Shown one piece after another: positions 19,506-28,525 of a stretch of 64,000 bases of DNA. Location: the NCBI GenBank assembly GCA_019358935.1, contig JAHHIK010000015.1, positions 1-64,000 on the forward strand. Reading direction: 5' to 3'. The notes beneath the pieces are model-generated. The model worked only from the letters and a program-made list of their open reading frames with translations. It did not search any database and was not told the DNA's origin. Position 1 is the first letter of the stretch. Each line of letters opens with the position of its first letter. Position numbers and translations under genes: made by a program. The DNA is from Tolypothrix carrinoi HA7290-LM1. GTDB taxonomy: Bacteria > Cyanobacteriota > Cyanobacteriia > Cyanobacteriales > Nostocaceae.

Positions 19506-21440
19506 GTGAAATTACACTGGTTACTACCCGGTACTTTTGGAAGTATTTTGATGCTATCGTCGCCAACTTTGGCGGCGAAATTGGACTCTTGGCGTTTTGA
19601 TGCCAACCAAAATAGATTAGAAATTAATACTACAGGGGCTGTTCAACCCCAGGCACAATTAATATTTAACCCCACTCGTTTAGTAATTGACTTGCCGGGA
19701 ACAACCTTTGGGCGTCCGCAGCTAAGGCAGCAGGTAGGTGGTGCAATTACCTCAATTCGTGTCGGGCAGTTTGATGAACAAACAACTCGCATCGTCGTCG
19801 AATTGATTCCTGGTTATACCCTAGACCCCAACCAGGTCAAATTTGTCGGCGCAACTGCTAGCCGGTGGACAGTACAAATACCAACGCCAGTAGCAGAGCG
19901 AGTAGGAACTCAGCCCACAGACATTGCCGCGACGCAACCAACAGCTACCAGCGCTCCCCCCAGAAATATTTACAATGTGGTGACAACTCAACCGAGCACT
20001 TTAGCCCCAGCGACTAAGGCATCGGTTATCAGCGCCGCACAAGGAACGACTCAAATTGAAAATTTGCGGATTACAGGCGATGGATTTTTTGTCCGCACGA
20101 GTGGCGGTAATCCTCAGATTCAAATAAATCGCAGCGACGATAGAAGGGCAATTAATATTGACATCGCTGGCGCATCTTTATCACCAATTTTGTTGCAACG
20201 GGATGTGCCGGTTAATCGCTACGGTGTCAACCGCATCCAATTTTCGCAACTGCAAACCAGCCCACCTGTTGTTCGCATGACTATGCAGGTGGACACAAAT
20301 AGTTCTGACTGGCGGGCAAGTACCAGTAGTGTTGGTGGTTTTATAGTTCTACCGAATACAGGTGTAGTCAGATTACCGGGAAGTAGTAATATTCCACCAG
20401 TTCCTGCAAGCACCAAAGAGCGCCCCATCCCACCACCTGTTGTAGCCAACTTGCCAGCAACAATTCAGTCTGTAGAACTGGCAGCTACTGGCACGCAATT
20501 GATTGTCAGAGGCGATCGCAATTTATCTGCCAACGGCTCTTGGGATAGATCCACTGGATTTTACCGCATCACCATTCCCAATGCTCGCTTGGCTCCCTCT
20601 GTTAGAGGTCCGGTATTTAGTCCTAATAGCCCGATTCAGAAAATACGCTTGCAACAGCAAGACTCAAATACTGTTGCCATCTTTGTTCAACCCGCCCAAG
20701 GAGCGCAAATTGGCGAACTCAACCAAGTTGGCGATCAATTTATCGCTTTAGAAATACAACCCTCTCGACGGGTACCAACATCATCATCCAACATTTCTCG
20801 ACTTCCTTTCCCTCCCCTACCACCACCAAACAGAGTCCCATTCCCAGATCCACTTACTAACGACCGACCGACACCACCGCCACCCTCACGCGGAACTCGC
20901 ATAGGACGACCGGTGGTAGTTATTGACCCAGGACATGGCGGTAAAGACTCCGGTGCGCCCGGTTTGGGAGGACTTTTAGAAAAAGATGTCATTTTGCCTA
21001 TTGGTAAAAGAGTCGCCGCTATTTTAGAGCAAAATGGCGTAAATGCAGTTCTAACGCGGGATTCTGACTATTTTGTTGAACTTCAGGGACGGGTAGATAT
21101 AGCAGCCCGAGCTAATGCTACTTTGTTTGTCAGTATTCACGCTAACTCAGTTGGTAACCGCCCAGATGTGAATGGGTTAGAAGTTTATTATTACGACAGC
21201 GGTTATAGTTTGGCGGAAGTGGTTCGCCGGAGTATTCTGCAAAACATCAGTACTATCAAAGACCGGGGAACGCGCAAAGCTAGATTTTATGTTCTCAGGA
21301 AAAGTTCTATGCCCTCAATTCTTGTAGAAACAGGCTACATGACCGGTCGCGAGGATAATCCCCGATTAGGAAACCCAGAATACCAAAATCGCATGGCGGA
21401 AGCGATCGCTCGTGGTATCCTCAGGTATCTACAACGTTAG
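19506..21440 (+). CDS. amiC2: N-acetylmuramoyl-L-alanine amidase with AMIN domains
   Basis: Paralog of 16920-18806; DPGHGGKD, SIHAN, ILVETG. Confidence 0.9.
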   Translation: MKLHWLLPGTFGSILMLSSPTLAAKLDSWRFDANQNRLEINTTGAVQPQAQLIFNPTRLVIDLPGTTFGRPQLRQQVGGAITSIRVGQFDEQTTRIVVELIPGYTLDPNQVKFVGATASRWTVQIPTPVAERVGTQPTDIAATQPTATSAPPRNIYNVVTTQPSTLAPATKASVISAAQGTTQIENLRITGDGFFVRTSGGNPQIQINRSDDRRAINIDIAGASLSPILLQRDVPVNRYGVNRIQFSQLQTSPPVVRMTMQVDTNSSDWRASTSSVGGFIVLPNTGVVRLPGSSNIPPVPASTKERPIPPPVVANLPATIQSVELAATGTQLIVRGDRNLSANGSWDRSTGFYRITIPNARLAPSVRGPVFSPNSPIQKIRLQQQDSNTVAIFVQPAQGAQIGELNQVGDQFIALEIQPSRRVPTSSSNISRLPFPPLPPPNRVPFPDPLTNDRPTPPPPSRGTRIGRPVVVIDPGHGGKDSGAPGLGGLLEKDVILPIGKRVAAILEQNGVNAVLTRDSDYFVELQGRVDIAARANATLFVSIHANSVGNRPDVNGLEVYYYDSGYSLAEVVRRSILQNISTIKDRGTRKARFYVLRKSSMPSILVETGYMTGREDNPRLGNPEYQNRMAEAIARGILRYLQR

Positions 21441-21442
21441 AA

Positions 21443-21650
21443 ATGGGGCATGGGGCATGGGGCATGGGGCATAGGGCATGGGGCATAGGGCATAGGGCAT
21501 GGGGCATGGGGCATCGTCCAAGTGGGCATTGGTAATAATTCTTTCCCCTTTTCCCTTTCCCCTTTTCCCCTCTTCAAAAAGCCCATTACCCATTACCCAT
21601 TACCTATTACCCATTACCCATTGCCCATTGCCCAATGCCCAATCCCCAAT
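21443..21650. repeat. STRR heptamer tracts
   Basis: (ATGGGGC)n ... (CCCATTA)n. Confidence 0.9.
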
Positions 21651-21692
21651 AATCCTGTATCTTAAATCCAAAACCTAATTAAAAATCAAACT

Positions 21693-22565
21693 GTGCTTTT
21701 ATCTTCCATTTTTGAAGGCAATCAAAATCATTATTCCGATCTTGAACCCCAACGTGCCCCGATTGGCATCTTTGATAGTGGTGTGGGTGGTTTGACGGTA
21801 CTGCGACAACTCTATCGGCAACTCCCCAACGAATCAATCATTTACTTTGGGGATACAGCTCGACTTCCTTACGGTATTCGTTCGCAGGCAGAAATTTTAC
21901 AATATGTGCGGGAAATTCTCACTTGGATGCAACAGCAACAAGTGAAAATGGTAATTATGGCATGTAACACCAGTTCTGCTTTAGCTTTAGAGACGGTGCG
22001 TGAAGAATTTAACCTGCCGATTCTTGGAGTCATTCTCCCAGGAGCGAGGGCAGCAGTGCAACAAGGAAAGCGGATTGGGGTAATTGCGACCCCAGCAACT
22101 GCCAAAAGTAATGCTTATCGGCAAGCTATTCTGGAAATTGATCCAGATGTTCAAGTTTGGCAAGTCGGCTGTCCGGAGTTTGTGCCCCTGATTGAACAAA
22201 ACCGGATTCAAGACCCTTACACTACTGATGTTGCCCGGTCTTATTTGGAACCTTTAATACAGCAGCAAATTGATACTTTAGTTTACGGCTGTACCCATTA
22301 TCCTCACCTGGAACCAGTACTGCGATCGCTTCTACCTTCCTCTGTCAAGTTAGTTGACCCAGCTGTTCATGTCGTTGCCGCTTGTACCCAAGAGTTAGAC
22401 CTTCTGGGCTTAAAAAATACCCACCCACCACAGCCAACTCGCTTCGCTGTCAGTGGTTGTCCACAACAGTTTGCCCAGTCCTCGTTACCGTGGCTTGGCT
22501 GTACCCCAATGGTTGAAGTTGTGCGCTTCACCGATGCCGCAATTTCTCACATCCAGAAAGACTAG
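21693..22565 (+). CDS. murI: Glutamate racemase
   Basis: IGIFDSGVGG, ACNTS, GCTHYP. Confidence 0.96.
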   Translation: MLLSSIFEGNQNHYSDLEPQRAPIGIFDSGVGGLTVLRQLYRQLPNESIIYFGDTARLPYGIRSQAEILQYVREILTWMQQQQVKMVIMACNTSSALALETVREEFNLPILGVILPGARAAVQQGKRIGVIATPATAKSNAYRQAILEIDPDVQVWQVGCPEFVPLIEQNRIQDPYTTDVARSYLEPLIQQQIDTLVYGCTHYPHLEPVLRSLLPSSVKLVDPAVHVVAACTQELDLLGLKNTHPPQPTRFAVSGCPQQFAQSSLPWLGCTPMVEVVRFTDAAISHIQKD

Positions 22566-22693
22566 TTAAAAAGTTAGGAAAAGCGGAATGATGAGTTATG
22601 AGTTTAGAATTCTAAACTCCCAACTCCCAACTCCCAACTCCTTACTCCCAACTCCCAACTCCTAACTTTTAACTCCTAACTCTTAACTCCCAA

Positions 22694-22891
22694 CTATTGA
22701 CTATTAACTACTTTCGTCACATTTGGCGTTAGCGATATCTCCCGCTTATGTTTTCCGCTAGAAGCTGAAGTGACACTTTTAGGTACAGGCTTTTGCCCTG
22801 TTCGCTTCGCCAGAGCTAATAATAAATAGACGGTGAATAAATAACCCGCAGCTAAAACAAAAATCATCATAGGCATGTTTCCGTAAATCAT
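22694..22891 (-). CDS. Small membrane protein, hypothetical
   Basis: Single hydrophobic helix plus basic tail; purine-rich RBS region. Confidence 0.6.
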   Translation of the reverse strand: MIYGNMPMMIFVLAAGYLFTVYLLLALAKRTGQKPVPKSVTSASSGKHKREISLTPNVTKVVNSQ

Positions 22892-23772
22892 TCTTCTACC
22901 TGCACCTTTCTCAAACGAATATAAAATTGCATAGAATTAGTAGAACCATTACCAACAAAGTAAATCTTTGATGGCTGTAGTTTGCTATAGTGAACTTTTC
23001 CATAGAGTTTTTATTCTCTACGGTTAACCAATTAATTATTAAATTAGTTTTTTCACAGACCATACCTACCACAACAGTTAAATTGCTAAATAGCAATTAC
23101 AACTGCTGCTTCAGCAGTCTACCAGTCTGCGTTCTTCAAAAGCGTACCTCATGGCAGGAGCAACACTTATGCTCAACGTATGCAGCAAATCGTGTAACGG
23201 CTTCCCATAAGGGCAACCCTTAGCTCCCAACAGACAATCAGTTGCGGCGAAAACCGCCTTCACCAAATGCCTTCCCGTGTAGGCTTGCACATCGCAGCAA
23301 AAATCAAAAGAATAATTTCTTTGATTCAACCTACGACAAGTTATTTAGACTCACCACACTTTATGAGTAAAATCACCTATTGATGATTTATCTTTTTGGG
23401 GTGAATTTCTCAAAAATTTTAAATTCCTTAATTTTAGCGTAACACAACAGTCCACACTTTTAGCCAACTTTAGTGCTAAATTTAAAAATTTCTAGGCAGC
23501 CACACAATCATGGTGAAACAATTTAGTCTTAGTTGCAAATAAATAATGGATAAGCGTATTTATAGATACTTTCAGGTGTTGTTGCGAACGTCACTTACAG
23601 ATTCTATAAGCAAAAATAAATTTATTACTAAAGCGCATAGTTACATCTATCTTATGGAGGTTATTTTGAAACTTAATAAAACTCTTTCATAAATTTCCTT
23701 AACTATACAGAGGAGAATAAAGTATATATTATTTCCCAACTTTCAGAATAGCGGTGTTTGACCTTTATAGGC

Positions 23773-23979
23773 AGGGGAGCTCTTAGCACTCTAGCAGGGG
23801 GAGAAAGATTCTGGAATTCCCCTGCCTTCATGGTCTCAAGCCCCTAAATTTATTTATGCTCAAGGGAAAAATATTCCCAATCGCTCCGGCGTTGCACTCC
23901 TAAATAATGCGTCAAGAGTTTTAATCCTTATCATTTATGTATGGGGTTCTCCCCCCTGCTAGAGTGCAAGAGTGCCCCT
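23773..23979. repeat. MITE-like element
   Basis: ~33-bp imperfect terminal inverted repeats (23773-23805 / 23947-23979) sharing GCACTCTAGCAGGGGG. Confidence 0.65.
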
Positions 23980-24265
23980 TGTCCTCTTCATTGACGAACA
24001 GGCTATGCGTATACGAGTCATGCTATTTTATCAACCTAGGACTTAAGATTAGCAGTTTAAAAGAAAGAGATATTTTCTATAAAAAATAGTTATGTGTTTG
24101 CTTTGAGTGGGAAATCAAAGCTGGAGATGAAACATAAAAAAATAAGGGTATCTGTGACGGATAGCGAGGATTGCGATCGCGAAAACTTTGCGACGGCACA
24201 GGCTTATCTTAAAATGAGTATAGGATATGTAAACTTTCTTAACTTAAGCCAGAGTCCGCCCATCC

Positions 24266-25237
24266 ATGACCCCAGCTACCTCCTTTTTTTCCCCTGTGGA
24301 AGCAGACCTGCGAATACTAGCAGACAACCTGAAACAGCTAGTTGGAAATCGCCACCCCATACTCTATGCAGCGGCAGAGCATTTATTTGGAGCTGGGGGC
24401 AAGCGCATAAGACCGGCAATTGTTCTATTAGTATCGCGCTCAACAATGCTAGAGCAAGAAATCACGCCGCGACACCGACGCCTAGCAGAAATTACAGAAA
24501 TGATTCACACGGCAAGCTTAGTGCATGACGACGTGGTGGATGAATCAGATATGCGGCGTGGTGTTCCCACAGTTCATAGTTTGTTTGGCAACCGCATTGC
24601 TGTATTAGCTGGAGATTTTCTATTTGCCCAATCTTCCTGGTATTTAGCTAACCTGAACAACTTAGAGGTAGTGAAACTGCTGTCTGAGGTGATTATGGAT
24701 TTGGCTTCAGGAGAGATCCAGCAGGGACTAAATCGCTTTGATACTAACACCTCGATTGAGACTTACTTAAAAAAGAGCTATTACAAAACTGCGTCATTAA
24801 TTGCCAACAGTTCTAAAGCAGCCGGGTTACTGAGCGACGTTTCCCAAGAAACCGCCGAACATTTGTATGGCTACGGTCGTAATCTTGGTTTGGCATTTCA
24901 GATTGTGGATGATATTTTAGATTTCACAAGTTCGACGGATACCTTAGGTAAACCAGCCGGATCGGATCTGATCAGTGGGAATTTGACTGCACCAGTTTTA
25001 TTCGCTTTGGAAGAAAAACCATACTTAGAAGTGTTGATTGAACGAGAGTTTGCCCACGTTGGTGATTTAGAACAAGCGCTGGCGCTGATTGAAGATAGTC
25101 AGGGAATAGTGCGATCGCGCGAGTTAGCAGCCGAACATGCCAAACTAGCGATTGAACATCTTGCGGTTCTCCCACCCTCAGAATGCCGGCAAGCCCTGAC
25201 TAATATGACTGATTATGTACTGAGTCGGCTCTATTAA
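24266..25237 (+). CDS. sds: Solanesyl diphosphate synthase
   Basis: GGKRIRP, HDDVVD, KTASL, FQIVDDILD. Confidence 0.93.
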   Translation: MTPATSFFSPVEADLRILADNLKQLVGNRHPILYAAAEHLFGAGGKRIRPAIVLLVSRSTMLEQEITPRHRRLAEITEMIHTASLVHDDVVDESDMRRGVPTVHSLFGNRIAVLAGDFLFAQSSWYLANLNNLEVVKLLSEVIMDLASGEIQQGLNRFDTNTSIETYLKKSYYKTASLIANSSKAAGLLSDVSQETAEHLYGYGRNLGLAFQIVDDILDFTSSTDTLGKPAGSDLISGNLTAPVLFALEEKPYLEVLIEREFAHVGDLEQALALIEDSQGIVRSRELAAEHAKLAIEHLAVLPPSECRQALTNMTDYVLSRLY

Positions 25238-25310
25238 AAAAGGGAGTAGGGAGTAGGGAGTAGGGAGTAGGGAGTAGGTAATTTTTATTGTTAACACTCC
25301 CTACCCTGTT

Positions 25311-25784
25311 CTAGGCAATATCAGGTGGAATTTGAGGGCGAGAATGTTTTTGTTGCAAAGTTTCTTGGATTAACTGCTGTAACTCGGTTCGCTTAATTTC
25401 CACAGCGTTGGTACTCATGCCAGGAGTCTCAAAAAAAACTATACTATCTACGGGTTCTAATGCCACAAGTTGAAACAAAATGTCAGCAATCAAAACGGGT
25501 GCAGCTATTACTTGAGGGTCAAGCCCAGCATTCAAGCTGAGTGGAACATCCTGTAAGGTAGGGTAAGCGTAGATCGCACGCTTTACATCGCCTGGATTTG
25601 CACGGTTGCTCAATGTAGTTAAAACCCAGTCTTTTTCCAAATTTTGGAGAATATAATACTGGGGGTGACGTAACGATGAAGCGATCGCGCTAATAACTGG
25701 GGCGATTGCTGTGACAAGTTGTGGTGTTATACCATCGTTGGGTGCATTGTCAATCAGCAATTGAATTTGTGTTTTTAAGTCCAT
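25311..25784 (-). CDS. Conserved cyanobacterial hypothetical protein divergent from hetZ
   Basis: LLIDNAP.DG.TP, YYILQNL, WVLTTL pattern. Confidence 0.75.
   Translation of the reverse strand: MDLKTQIQLLIDNAPNDGITPQLVTAIAPVISAIASSLRHPQYYILQNLEKDWVLTTLSNRANPGDVKRAIYAYPTLQDVPLSLNAGLDPQVIAAPVLIADILFQLVALEPVDSIVFFETPGMSTNAVEIKRTELQQLIQETLQQKHSRPQIPPDIA
25516..25530 (+). promoter_or_regulatory. HetR-binding site of the hetZ promoter
   Basis: GGGTCAAGCCCAGCA fits the GGG-N5-CCC HetR box; about 460 bp upstream of the hetZ ATG. Confidence 0.75.
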
Positions 25785-25987
25785 AACGACCTGCAAATAA
25801 CTTTTGGGTAATGGCTATAAGATATTTACGTGTGAATAATCTCACTATGAGCTGGGAATAATAGATGAGAAGCAAATCCTAAACACAGATCTGCCTGCGT
25901 TTAGCTTATACGCAAAACCCAAAAAGCCAATACCTACGTTCATACAGGTTGTAACCAAGTATGTTAGGGTTTTTTTAAACTGAGACT

Positions 25988-27178
25988 ATGAATTTAGCCG
26001 CAACCGCAACTATTCAGGGAGAAAATTCTATCGGAGTGGAGGGGATATTTCAACTTCTGTTCAAGGAGTTAAGCCAATTAACCAAAGCTTCGGAGCAGAA
26101 TTGCCACGACGTGGCTACACGAATTACCGCCGAAGTTTACCGGATTTGCAATGAAAGTAAACGCATCCAAGCTTCCGGTGCAGTGGAAAGCTCGGCGATG
26201 ACCTTAGCCAAACATAGGCTACAACAGTGTCTCAGATACTACCAGTTAGGTTCAAATCGGGGTAGGGTCGAATTACATAGCACTTTGAGTGCGATTATCT
26301 ACCGTTACATTAATCCTCCTCAGAGGCAGTTGAGCTATCAGGGACGACTGACGATCATTGAAGATTTCTTACAAAGTTTTTATTTGGAGGCGTTAAACGC
26401 TTTCCGGCGCGAAAATCAGCTTCCCTCTACCTATCGCCCCCAGAGTCTTCTGGAATTAGCAGAGTATATGGCATTTACCGAGCGCTATGGCAAGCGCCGG
26501 ATTCCCCTACCAGGACGACAGCAGCAGCTGATTATTTTGCGGGCGCAAACTTTTTCTCAACAACAGCCCCCCGAAAGCTCTGTAGACATCGAACAAGCCG
26601 CAGAAGGTAGCGCTAATGAAGGCGATGGTTCTTGGGAAGATCCAGCCGTGCAGCAATTGCGAAGTGCGATGGCGATGCAACCCGAACCCGAACCCGAAGA
26701 AGATACGTTGCGTTCTGTTGTGGTTACGGAGTTAATGAACTATCTAGAACAACGGCAACAAACCGACTGCGCTGATTACTTCGCCCTTCGCCTTCAAGAT
26801 TTATCCGCGCAAGAAATTGAGTCAATTTTAGGTTTAACTCCTCGCCAGCGCGATTACTTGCAGCAACGCTTTAAATATCACCTGATTCGTTTTGCCTTGC
26901 TGCATCGCTGGGAATTGGTTCACGAGTGGTTAGAAGCTTCTTTGCCCACTAACTTGGGCTTGACTCCCCAACAATGGGAAATTTACACCGCACAACTCGA
27001 CGATAAACAACGGTCTTTATTAGAGTTGAAACAACAAGGACAACCTGACGAAAAAATTGCCAAAACTTTAGGGTTATCAATGGCACAACTGCAAAAGCGG
27101 TGGTTTAAAATTCTGGAACAAGCTTGGGAAATTCGTAACTCGTTAGTGTCCGGATCAGGTGCATCTACTCATGAATAG
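25988..27178 (+). CDS. hetZ: Heterocyst differentiation protein HetZ
   Basis: YYQLGSNRGRVELHSTLSAIIYRY, RRIPLPGRQQQLIILRAQ, C-terminal HTH; followed by patU. Confidence 0.9.
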   Translation: MNLAATATIQGENSIGVEGIFQLLFKELSQLTKASEQNCHDVATRITAEVYRICNESKRIQASGAVESSAMTLAKHRLQQCLRYYQLGSNRGRVELHSTLSAIIYRYINPPQRQLSYQGRLTIIEDFLQSFYLEALNAFRRENQLPSTYRPQSLLELAEYMAFTERYGKRRIPLPGRQQQLIILRAQTFSQQQPPESSVDIEQAAEGSANEGDGSWEDPAVQQLRSAMAMQPEPEPEEDTLRSVVVTELMNYLEQRQQTDCADYFALRLQDLSAQEIESILGLTPRQRDYLQQRFKYHLIRFALLHRWELVHEWLEASLPTNLGLTPQQWEIYTAQLDDKQRSLLELKQQGQPDEKIAKTLGLSMAQLQKRWFKILEQAWEIRNSLVSGSGASTHE

Positions 27179-28151
27179 TGACTCAGAATCCTTACAACAC
27201 CAGTTACTTGCTTGGCTTTTGGCATCGGATGTCGAAGCAAGCTTGCATCCCTCGGCTGAATGTGAGGAAATTGACGGGGTAGAAAATCCGCTCTTTGAAA
27301 CCACCACTTCCATAAGTGGTGATTTTGAGTCGGAAGGGATACCCCAAACCTTTCAACTGGGAGAAATTCCTACTGTGCAAGAACGTTTCCAAGCCGTCAT
27401 TAAACGTCGGCTACAAGTCCAAATTCAAGACCACCCGCCTTTATTCCCTTGGGAAACCCAATTAAAAGATTACCCCGATTACGTAGACAGTCCTTCGGTT
27501 GCATTAGTTCCAGCATACGGGTGGATGGCACAGCAATCGAAACTGAATATACCTGTATCTTTACCTGAAAAAGTTTTTCGGCAATTGCTAGAAAAATGTC
27601 AGGCGATGCTGGTATCTTCTCTGCCTCTGGGGGCAAAATTAGTTCAGGTAGTCGAGAGCTTGTTTCCTAACGATGCCCAAGCACTCAACGACTTAGCAGG
27701 AATGGTGCTAAGAAGTCCCTATCGCTCTGTGGACGCTCTAGAGAAAATGCCGATCAAACAAAGCGATTACTCCGATTTAGGAGAACGCCAACAGATGGCT
27801 TTATCTTTGCTAGCAGCTAAACAATTACTGGAAAATCTGACTTTGCCAATTTCAGATAGCAATCCAGTAGTCGAAAGAGAATGGCTAACTAGCGCGGGTG
27901 CTATCAACCTCAAAGTAGAATATCAGTCTCAGGGTAGAGTGACAAAACTCTGCGTTATGGGGGAGCTACCCACGGCGGGGATTTTGACACTCCAAGGAAA
28001 TGGCACTCAAGCAAAGGCGATGTCTTCTACTTCGGGATGCGTCAGTGTTGAGTTATACGGTCAGCCACTTAACCAGACTTATACTTTGGAGGTTGAGTTC
28101 CCTGAATTAGAGCAACAATCACTTTTGTTTGTCATTCCGCCGATGATGTAG
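27171..28151 (+). CDS. patU: Heterocyst pattern protein PatU (unsplit)
   Basis: Overlaps the hetZ stop; GEIPTVQERF, PPLFPWE motifs. Confidence 0.85.
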   Translation: MNSDSESLQHQLLAWLLASDVEASLHPSAECEEIDGVENPLFETTTSISGDFESEGIPQTFQLGEIPTVQERFQAVIKRRLQVQIQDHPPLFPWETQLKDYPDYVDSPSVALVPAYGWMAQQSKLNIPVSLPEKVFRQLLEKCQAMLVSSLPLGAKLVQVVESLFPNDAQALNDLAGMVLRSPYRSVDALEKMPIKQSDYSDLGERQQMALSLLAAKQLLENLTLPISDSNPVVEREWLTSAGAINLKVEYQSQGRVTKLCVMGELPTAGILTLQGNGTQAKAMSSTSGCVSVELYGQPLNQTYTLEVEFPELEQQSLLFVIPPMM

Positions 28152-28333
28152 CCCATATTACCACTGCTAGCACGCGAAGAGTTGATAAACGCCGATTGAT
28201 AAGATAATTATCCTGGTTTTGAGGCTCATCTTTTTTTAAAAAAAGCGGTCGTTAGGGTGTCTACGGGAAGCGGCTATGAAGAAAACACGCTCCTTTGGTA
28301 ATATCAATTTTCTGTAAGGATGCGCGGAATATC

Positions 28334-28412
28334 GCCCTCAGGCTGGAAGCCTAGGGCTATACAAACGTTCGCCCTTGGCGTTCCCGAAGGGTAGCCTGCC
28401 TTCGCAGGCTAG
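28334..28412. repeat. REP-like repeat with inserted SDR-like segment
   Basis: GCCCTCAGGCTGGAAGCCTAGGGC...AGCCTGCCTTCGCAGGCT, related to 3634-3690. Confidence 0.55.
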
Positions 28413-28525
28413 GCGCTCACTGCTTACGGACAAATGGTATAAGTTCCCGCTTTCAAAGCAGTAGTGTTCGTTACGTCTTCATCATCGCACCTGCTTGTAC
28501 ACCCATTAGCTGCTTTCTGATCAAA

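Noticed and set aside
22911..23329. Small ORFs 22911-23096, 22990-23223 and 23111-23329
   Set aside because: Mutually overlapping, weak starts, no recognisable family; cannot be supported without homology data
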